This document shows, one piece after another, positions 57,583 through 64,000 of a stretch of 64,000 nucleotides of DNA. This stretch comes from Nitrospirota bacterium (GTDB lineage: Bacteria > Nitrospirota > Thermodesulfovibrionia > Thermodesulfovibrionales > UBA1546). Numbering within the stretch: position 1 is the first letter of the stretch; every line of letters starts with the position of its first letter. A program made the translations under genes and the position numbers. Under the pieces are notes generated by a model. That model was given only the letters and a program-made list of their open reading frames with translations. It was not told the origin of the DNA and ran no database searches. Location of the stretch: assembly GCA_016208915.1 (NCBI GenBank), contig JACQXE010000037.1, positions 4,905 through 68,904 of the forward strand, read 5' to 3'.

Positions 57583-57933
57583 TCATTGATTTGGTATTGA
57601 ATAATGAACGGCTAAAAGAAAGCCGATTCCGAGAGTTAGAATAAAAATATAGCAAGATATGACTCGCAAAGAATATTTCTGTTTCCCCCAGATCTTTCGT
57701 GCCGTCATGTAAATTAGCACTCCTGTTGAAAACGCAACGATTCCCGGCACAAGAAGAAAATAAACTGGGACAATCGAAAAGATAAGAAGAGACATTGGGG
57801 CTGGTACATTTTTTACGATTCCAGCCGACGAGAGATATAGCGCCCCATAGCACAGATAGGCAAGCCCAAGAAAAAGGCTGAGGGCTATTATTGGAATAAA
57901 ATTATCTTTAGTGCCGTTATTTATATTATTCAT
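57583..57933 (-). CDS. small 4-TM membrane protein (116 aa), cassette-borne
   Basis: The ORF starts 3 nt after the GTTATAAG boundary and ends 5 nt before attC-like site C. It has no obvious SD. Confidence 0.5.
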   Translation of the reverse strand: MNNINNGTKDNFIPIIALSLFLGLAYLCYGALYLSSAGIVKNVPAPMSLLIFSIVPVYFLLVPGIVAFSTGVLIYMTARKIWGKQKYSLRVISCYIFILTLGIGFLLAVHYSIPNQ

Positions 57934-58131
57934 TACTTATAACATATAATATACGAAGTTCGCCTTTTCCGATAATTTGATAAAATATAGCACAAAGCGA
58001 AACATTAAAGCAGTTTAAAAAATCAATATCCCGAGTTTTATAGTATTTAGTATTTTGCGATAATAAAGACCAAAAGCAAAGTTCGTAAAATATGGAAAAT
58101 TTGTCAAAAGACAGGTAGCTCAATTCCAGCT

Positions 58132-59250
58132 TTATAATTTTTTCTCATATATCCTGTATTGTTTATACAGGCTGCCTCCGATCATTTCAATGATTCTCTG
58201 AACAGGGATGTTGTCTTCAAGTATCCATGAGAACTCGACCCTTCTGTAATCTCCGGCTTTAATACCCTTAAAGCCTTCTCTGAACAGAAGGGCGTCAACG
58301 CCTTTATGACGGTATTCTTTTTTTATGCCGAACAATAAAAGTCTGAGGTCTTTTATCTTCCTTGAATAGTAAAATGCCTTCATTATAGTCAAAGGATTCA
58401 ATCTGCCTTTCATATGTTTCAGCACATAGTTAAAATCAGGCAGGAGTCCCATAAATCCAACAGGTTTCCCATTGTCTTCCGCCATTAATGTCATTTCCGG
58501 GATAACAATCTGTTTCAAATGATTGCCAAGATAATTAATTTCCTCGTCTGTTAGCGGAATGAATCCCCAGTTCTTCTCCCATGCCGAATTATAGACTTCT
58601 TTAAATATTGCCATCTCTTCATCAAAGTCTTTTTTATTGACAGGCCGCGCAGTTATCCCGCGTTTGTCTGCTATTGCGGCAACCCTCAGGACTTTTTCAG
58701 GGAGTTTGTCTTTTACTTCGTATATATATGCGAAAAGGTCTTTTGCCTTATACATTCCATAATCTTCCATCAATGCATTGTAATAGGGCATATTGTAAGG
58801 CGTCATGAGCATGGGATGTTTATCGAATCCGTCAGTAAGAAATCCGCATTCCTCGTTTGTTGAAAAGTTCATCGGTCCTCTTAATATTTCCATTCCTTCT
58901 TTTTTCAGTTCTTCTGATGCGCTGTTGAGCAGGGCAGATGACACCTCATTATCGTTTATGCAATCAAAGAACCCAAAGAACCCTGCGCGTTCATTATGGA
59001 ACTGGATGTGCCTGCTGTTGATTATTGAGGCTATTCTGCCGGCGCATACCCCGTTTTTTTCTGCAATAAAATACCTGACCCTTGCATGTCTGAAGAAGGG
59101 ATTTTTTTCTGAAAACTGCTCTTTAAGGTCTTTTATTAATGGGGGAACATAAAAAGGAACTGCTGAATGTAGGTGTAAATGGAATCTTATAAATTTATCA
59201 AGGTCATTTTTTGTTCTAACTTCTATGATCATTACTCGGGACAAGGGCAA
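58132..59250 (-). CDS. GNAT-fold-like acyltransferase family protein (~370 aa family often annotated N-acetyltransferase)
   Basis: DLDKFIRFHLHL...VPFYVPPLIKDLKEQFSEKNPFF...AGFFGFFDC...GPMNFSTNEECGFL. The assignment is from recalled family resemblance. Confidence 0.55.
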   Translation of the reverse strand: MPLSRVMIIEVRTKNDLDKFIRFHLHLHSAVPFYVPPLIKDLKEQFSEKNPFFRHARVRYFIAEKNGVCAGRIASIINSRHIQFHNERAGFFGFFDCINDNEVSSALLNSASEELKKEGMEILRGPMNFSTNEECGFLTDGFDKHPMLMTPYNMPYYNALMEDYGMYKAKDLFAYIYEVKDKLPEKVLRVAAIADKRGITARPVNKKDFDEEMAIFKEVYNSAWEKNWGFIPLTDEEINYLGNHLKQIVIPEMTLMAEDNGKPVGFMGLLPDFNYVLKHMKGRLNPLTIMKAFYYSRKIKDLRLLLFGIKKEYRHKGVDALLFREGFKGIKAGDYRRVEFSWILEDNIPVQRIIEMIGGSLYKQYRIYEKKL

Positions 59251-59253
59251 TTG

Positions 59254-60483
59254 TTATTCTATCAGTCCTAATGTCTTTCCGACTTTTTCAAAGGCATGAA
59301 GCACTATATCAAGATGTTCGTCTGTATGGGTTGCCATGTAACTTGTTCTTATAAGTGCTTTTCCATTAGGTACTGCCGGGCTTACAGCAACATTTGCAAA
59401 GACTCCTTCTTCCTGAAGCATCATTGCCATCTTGAAAGCTGTCTCATTCTCTCCGACTATTACAGGTATTATTGGAGTTGCGCTTGGCCCGACCTCAAAT
59501 CCCATCTCTCTGAAGCCCTTGAGCATTTTTCTTGTGTTCTTCCAGAGCATTTCTCTTCTTTCAGGTTCTCCATCTATTATGTCCAATGCAGCGCTTACAG
59601 CAGCCACAGATGCAGGGGGAGGGCTTGCGCTGAAGATTAATGAGCGTGCAAAATGCTTTATGTAATGAACGGTGTTCTCTGAGCCGGCTATGAATCCCCC
59701 GATAGATGCGAGTGATTTGCTATATGTCCCCATTATGATGTCTATCTCATCTTCGAGACCGAAATGCTCTGCAGTGCCTCTTCCTGTCTTTCCGAGAACT
59801 CCGATGCCATGTGCGTCATCGAGCATTACTCTTGCACTATATTTCTTTGCGAGTCCTATGATTTCAGGAAGGTTTGCGATATCTCCTTCCATACTGAATA
59901 CGCCATCAACAATTATTAATTTTCTCCTGTCTTCATTTTCTTCCAGAACCCTTTTGAGGTCTGCCATATCATTGTGTTTGAATTTTTTTACATCACCATA
60001 GGACAGCCTGCAGCCGTCGATTATGCTTGCATGGTCCATCTTATCAATGATCACGATGTCATCTTTACCGATGAGAGCAGAGATTACCCCGAGATTGACC
60101 TGAAATCCCGTTGAAAATATAAGTGCAGCCTCTTTTCTCATAAACCTTGCAAGTTTTTCCTCAAGTGCAACATGGATATCGAGAGTCCCGTTCAGAAGCC
60201 TCGAACCTGCGCATCCTGAGCCGTATTTCCTTATAGCCTCTATTGCAGCCTCTTTAACCTTTGGATGATTTGTAAGGCCAAGATAGTTGTTAGAGCCGAC
60301 CATTATCATCCGTCTTCCGCTCATTATTACTTCAGGGGACTGTTCGCTCTCTATCACTCTGAAATACGGATAAATTCCGTGAGACATCAGTTCCTTTGCC
60401 TTTGTAAATTTAATGCACTTTTCGAATATGTCAGCTGATTTTCTTACAGCCATTGATGAATCCTGTACCAGTCTGCTGTCCAT
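59254..60483 (-). CDS. alpha-oxoamine synthase family PLP enzyme (8-amino-7-oxononanoate synthase / serine palmitoyltransferase-like); alternative start at 60453
   Basis: SNNYLGL..., [10 protein letters not shown], and [12 protein letters not shown] (PLP-Lys). Confidence 0.85.
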   Translation of the reverse strand: MDSRLVQDSSMAVRKSADIFEKCIKFTKAKELMSHGIYPYFRVIESEQSPEVIMSGRRMIMVGSNNYLGLTNHPKVKEAAIEAIRKYGSGCAGSRLLNGTLDIHVALEEKLARFMRKEAALIFSTGFQVNLGVISALIGKDDIVIIDKMDHASIIDGCRLSYGDVKKFKHNDMADLKRVLEENEDRRKLIIVDGVFSMEGDIANLPEIIGLAKKYSARVMLDDAHGIGVLGKTGRGTAEHFGLEDEIDIIMGTYSKSLASIGGFIAGSENTVHYIKHFARSLIFSASPPPASVAAVSAALDIIDGEPERREMLWKNTRKMLKGFREMGFEVGPSATPIIPVIVGENETAFKMAMMLQEEGVFANVAVSPAVPNGKALIRTSYMATHTDEHLDIVLHAFEKVGKTLGLIE

Positions 60484-61409
60484 TTCATTCCTTCCTTTAT
60501 TCCTATCTTTGGTAAAAACCCCAGTTCATTATTTGCCTTTGATGAATCGCATAGCCAGTATGGGTATTGAAAATCTTTTGCCCTGTCTTTATTAAGAATA
60601 GCATGTCTTTTAAAAAATTTTTGTCCAATGCCTGCAAACATGGGCATCAAAGCTTTCGGTATATTTATGCGTATCGGTTTTGAACCCACTGCAGAAGCTA
60701 TGGCCTCTGCTATTTCATAGTTCGAATATATCTTACCGTCAGAAAGGTTGTAAGTCTTTCCTCCTGCTTTCTCGTTCTCTGCGGATATGATTATTCCCTT
60801 TACAAGATCATCAACATACAGTAGAGAATAATAGCATTTCCCCCAGCATAAAAAAATACCTTTTTTTAACATTTTAAAGAAGGTAAAAAAGTCCCTGTCC
60901 CGTGGTCCGTACACAGCAGGGGGTCTGATGATTGTAACAGGTATGCCGCCTTTATATCTCAGGACAATGTGTTCAGCTTCGAGTTTGCTTTTTCCATAGG
61001 CTGATACTGGTTTTGGTTCTGTATCTTCATTAACAGGTGTGCGATCATGGCTTGGCCCTGTTGCAGCAAGGCTGCTCAGATAGATAAATCTTTTTATATT
61101 CGGATTTTTTTCTGCAACTGCTCTGATAAGGTTCTCTGTTCCTCCCGCATTCACAGCGAAGAAATCTTTTTCATTTGTCGCCTTTGTAAGCCCTGCGATG
61201 TGAAATATATAATCAGATTCAACTACGGCATTGAGAAGTGATTCTCTCTCCAGACAATCGCCGTGTATGAGCTTGACATCAAGTCCCTCTATCCATCTGA
61301 GATCAGAGGTTTTTCTTACGAGGCATAGGACAGTATATCTTCTTTTTACGAGTTCCTCGGCAAGATAGCTTCCGATGAAGCCAGTAGCTCCTGTAATCAA
61401 AGCCTTCAT
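60444..61409 (-). CDS. NAD-dependent epimerase/dehydratase (extended SDR)
   Basis: [16 protein letters not shown] and YGKSK (YxxxK). Confidence 0.85.
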   Translation of the reverse strand: MKALITGATGFIGSYLAEELVKRRYTVLCLVRKTSDLRWIEGLDVKLIHGDCLERESLLNAVVESDYIFHIAGLTKATNEKDFFAVNAGGTENLIRAVAEKNPNIKRFIYLSSLAATGPSHDRTPVNEDTEPKPVSAYGKSKLEAEHIVLRYKGGIPVTIIRPPAVYGPRDRDFFTFFKMLKKGIFLCWGKCYYSLLYVDDLVKGIIISAENEKAGGKTYNLSDGKIYSNYEIAEAIASAVGSKPIRINIPKALMPMFAGIGQKFFKRHAILNKDRAKDFQYPYWLCDSSKANNELGFLPKIGIKEGMKWTADWYRIHQWL

Positions 61410-61481
61410 GGATAGCGATATTTTGAGTAATATTACAGGTAAGAGTCAAGCATAAAAAAATGAATATACATTTTAATCAGA

Positions 61482-61595
61482 CAGGATATAGTATTTTCGC
61501 TCATTCTCGCTGCGCTCCGAGGTTTTTGCCTTTTGATATTTATATGAATACTGTCAGAATATCAGCAAAAAAATCCGCTCAAATACTATATCCTG
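61482..61595. repeat. MITE-like element, copy 2 of the 43422 family
   Basis: caggatatagtatttt...aaatactatatcctg. Confidence 0.8.
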
Positions 61596-61611
61596 CCTTT
61601 AATAAGCAGTT

Positions 61612-62454
61612 TTATAAACTCATGGACTCGAGTCTTGCCACCCTTTCTTCTATTGGAGGATGGGTGCTGAAAAGTTTTAACAGTCCTCCACCACTGAGCG
61701 GATTGACTATGAACATATGAGATGTTGCTGGATTAGCATGCATTGGTATATGCTGCGATGACATATGGAGTTTTTTGAGCGCACTTGCAAGAAATCTCGG
61801 GTTGCCTGCAAGCCTTGCGCCGCTTTCATCAGCAGCATATTCTCTCGAACGAGATATTGCCATTTGGACAAGCATAGCAGCTATCGGTCCTACTATCATC
61901 ATCACCAGGGCTGCGACAGGACTGCTTCTGCCATCTTCATCATCACCTCTGTGACCAAAGATCGCTGCCCATTGCGCCATCTGCGCTAGATAACTTATGG
62001 CAGCTGCTATGGTTGCTGCTATGGTGCTTATCAATATGTCTCTGTGCTTTATATGTGCGAGTTCATGGGCTATCACGCCGGTCAGTTCCTCATTGGTTAA
62101 AATCCGCACAATACCGGTTGTTACTGCAACAGCAGCGTGTTTCGGATTTCTGCCTGTTGCGAATGCATTAGGCTGGTCTGCTTCCATGATATATACCTTT
62201 GGCATAGGCATGCCTGCCTTTTGAATAAGCCTTCTGACGATGCCATGCAGTTCAGGCGCTTCTGATTCGGTAACCTCCTTTGCTCTATACATCCTCAGTA
62301 CAATCTTGTCGCTGAACCAGTATGCAAAGAGATTCATTCCGGCAGCGAATATCAGTGCCATGGTCATACCCTGTTTGCCTCCAAATGCTGCGCCTGCCCA
62401 TACAAGTATCAGGCTTAGACTCACAAGAAGAACCATTGTTTTTATGCTATTCAT
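61612..62454 (-). CDS. htpX: zinc metalloprotease HtpX
   Basis: TM helices plus [10 protein letters not shown] (HExxH). 280 aa. Confidence 0.9.
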   Translation of the reverse strand: MNSIKTMVLLVSLSLILVWAGAAFGGKQGMTMALIFAAGMNLFAYWFSDKIVLRMYRAKEVTESEAPELHGIVRRLIQKAGMPMPKVYIMEADQPNAFATGRNPKHAAVAVTTGIVRILTNEELTGVIAHELAHIKHRDILISTIAATIAAAISYLAQMAQWAAIFGHRGDDEDGRSSPVAALVMMIVGPIAAMLVQMAISRSREYAADESGARLAGNPRFLASALKKLHMSSQHIPMHANPATSHMFIVNPLSGGGLLKLFSTHPPIEERVARLESMSL

Positions 62455-62542
62455 CTGTTCCCTCCATTAGGCAATAAGTGAAAAGTGAAAGATTCTAAGA
62501 TAATTTTATCATAACGGGAAAATAAGTGATTTTTCAAGTTGC

Positions 62543-62899
62543 TTAAGCGCTTATTCCGCATGCTGATATGACGTTTTCGAGTTCATCAAGCTTAAAAGGC
62601 TTTTTGAGTATCTGGACCCCTTTGTCCCTGAAATCATTATCCATCTCAGGCGTAATAAATGCAGAGCAGACAATAATCTTTAATGATTTTTTCATAGCAT
62701 GAACTTTTTCAATAAGTGATGCGCCGCCTTCATAGGGCATCTTAAGGTCTGTTATGAGAAGGTCAAAGTTGTTATCCTCAAGATTTTTCAATGCCTCTTT
62801 TATATTCGACACTGTAAAAACATCATACCCCAGCTTTTTCAGCGCTCTCTCGAGAAACCATCTTACAAGTTGTTCGTCATCTACAACAAGAATTTTCAT
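62543..62899 (-). CDS. single-domain response regulator (CheY-like receiver)
   Basis: MKILVVDDEQLVR...DLLITDLKMP... Confidence 0.85.
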   Translation of the reverse strand: MKILVVDDEQLVRWFLERALKKLGYDVFTVSNIKEALKNLEDNNFDLLITDLKMPYEGGASLIEKVHAMKKSLKIIVCSAFITPEMDNDFRDKGVQILKKPFKLDELENVISACGISA

Positions 62900-62904
62900 G
62901 TCTG

Positions 62905-64000
62905 TTACTCAAGACTTCCATAAGCATGGAGTCCTGAGAGGAGGAGATTGACGCCAAGATATGTGAATATTACGGCTACGAAACCAACAACTGCGACAAT
63001 GGCTACCTTTTTGCCCCTCCATCCTCTCAGCAGACGGCTATGGAGAAAGAATGCGTATACAAACCATGTAATGAGAGACCATGTCTCTTTAGGGTCCCAG
63101 CTCCAGTAAACTCCCCATGCCTGATCTGCCCATATCGCCCCGAATATAAGGCCGCCTAAGGTAAAGATAGGAAAGCCTGTAGCAATGCTTTTGTATGTTA
63201 TTTCTTCAAGGGTTTCCGGAGATATTGAAAGAGAGCTTATAACCTTTCTGAGCACATATCCATATCTCCAGACAAGAAATACGAATGCGAGGGCTGCAAT
63301 CCAGCTTAGCGCTGAGATGCCAAAAGATTGGTTAAAGAAAGATGCTTTAAAAAGATAACCCTTTATCAGGGTCTCGGGATTTTTTATTGCAACTGAGAAT
63401 GTAAGATAATCGAGTCCTAAAGCAACAAGTATGACAATAAATACTCCTGTGGTTATTGTCCAGAACATGTACGATGATTCTGTCCTCTTTTCTGTCTTAA
63501 GTATAAGATACATAAGCCCGGTGCTGAATGACAGAGCAAATGTTGCATAAGATATGAAGCTCATCATTACATGGACAAGCAGCCAGTTGCTCTGGAGGGC
63601 AGGAACCAATGGCTCAATTTCTTTTGACATGCCTGATACATCTATGAATGCAAGCGCAATGCCGGCTACTGGCGTTACGAATGCTCCGAAGGAGCGGTTT
63701 TTATATTTGAATTCGATTATCAGGTATGCAAGTATGAGACACCAGACAAAAAAGATGAGAGACTCATAAAGATTTCTTAATGGCGCGCTTCTCATGACAG
63801 ATAAGGCGAATGTGCTCTCAGGGGTAAGCGCTGTCCACTGTGCATAGGATTCAGTCCAGCGGGTTAAGATCGCAATTGTCTGCGAAACAAATCCTGCTAA
63901 GGTAATTGTTGTTCCCGCAACACCTATCTGGGATTTCCTGAAGGCAAGATAGGCTATGTAGATTATCATTGCTATGATGTATGCTATTGTGGATATGCCG
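62905..64000 (-). CDS. ccsA: cytochrome c biogenesis protein CcsA/ResC (5' end probably beyond the window)
   Basis: WGVYWSWDPKETWSLITW is the Trp-rich haem-handling motif. The hydrophobic reading frame remains open upstream of the ATG at 63969 to the window end. Confidence 0.8.
   Translation of the reverse strand, partial: GISTIAYIIAMIIYIAYLAFRKSQIGVAGTTITLAGFVSQTIAILTRWTESYAQWTALTPESTFALSVMRSAPLRNLYESLIFFVWCLILAYLIIEFKYKNRSFGAFVTPVAGIALAFIDVSGMSKEIEPLVPALQSNWLLVHVMMSFISYATFALSFSTGLMYLILKTEKRTESSYMFWTITTGVFIVILVALGLDYLTFSVAIKNPETLIKGYLFKASFFNQSFGISALSWIAALAFVFLVWRYGYVLRKVISSLSISPETLEEITYKSIATGFPIFTLGGLIFGAIWADQAWGVYWSWDPKETWSLITWFVYAFFLHSRLLRGWRGKKVAIVAVVGFVAVIFTYLGVNLLLSGLHAYGSLE

Noticed and set aside
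57937-57961. A loxP-like half site: TATACGAAGTT matches 11 of 13 nt of a loxP arm, next to the first cassette boundary.
   Set aside because: Only one arm is present, with no inverted partner at the right spacing, and the region is AT-rich, so this is most likely chance. It could still be part of an attI-like junction, but I cannot support that.

Overview
A 64-kb AT-rich bacterial chromosome segment. I cannot assign a taxon from sequence alone. Most of it is ordinary housekeeping, largely on the minus strand: ileS, an EF-G paralog, cimA-ahcY-metK, glyS/glyQ, eno-ftsB, gcvH-lpdA, dtd, htpX and ccsA. Four regions are accessory or unusual. (1) 8.5-24.8 kb is a same-strand gas-vesicle (gvp) island. 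It has GvpA, GvpN, four GvpF/L paralogs, GvpG, GvpO, GvpK-like and GvpJ. Interleaved with these are genes outside the classical gvp sets: Hsp20, a Get3/ArsA-like ATPase with a CxxC motif, a Cdc48/VAT-type double AAA+ ATPase, a J-domain fused to a GvpF/L protein, an actin/Hsp70-fold ATPase, two repeat proteins (one with four exact 33-residue repeats, GvpC-like), and PilZ and XRE-cupin regulators. I consider this the most interesting candidate system. (2) 31.6-33.6 kb: the glyQ-glyS pair is split by an N-terminally truncated integron integrase and a RAYT-type tyrosine transposase flanked by 21-bp inverted repeats. (3) 54.7-57.9 kb holds three attC-like sites that delimit three gene cassettes with no adjacent integrase. 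The cassettes are a small membrane protein, a NotI-like REase plus Dam-like MTase pair, and a 190-aa unknown protein. (4) 44.0-47.3 kb encodes a single-chain type IIG-like restriction-modification enzyme. Two further observations: a secreted CxxCH/triple-rhodanese gene carries one in-frame TGA inside a rhodanese active-site loop, followed by a SECIS-like hairpin (candidate selenoprotein). Several families of short hairpin (REP/MITE-like) repeats sit between gvp genes and, in frame, inside coding regions. I found no rRNA, tRNA or CRISPR array.
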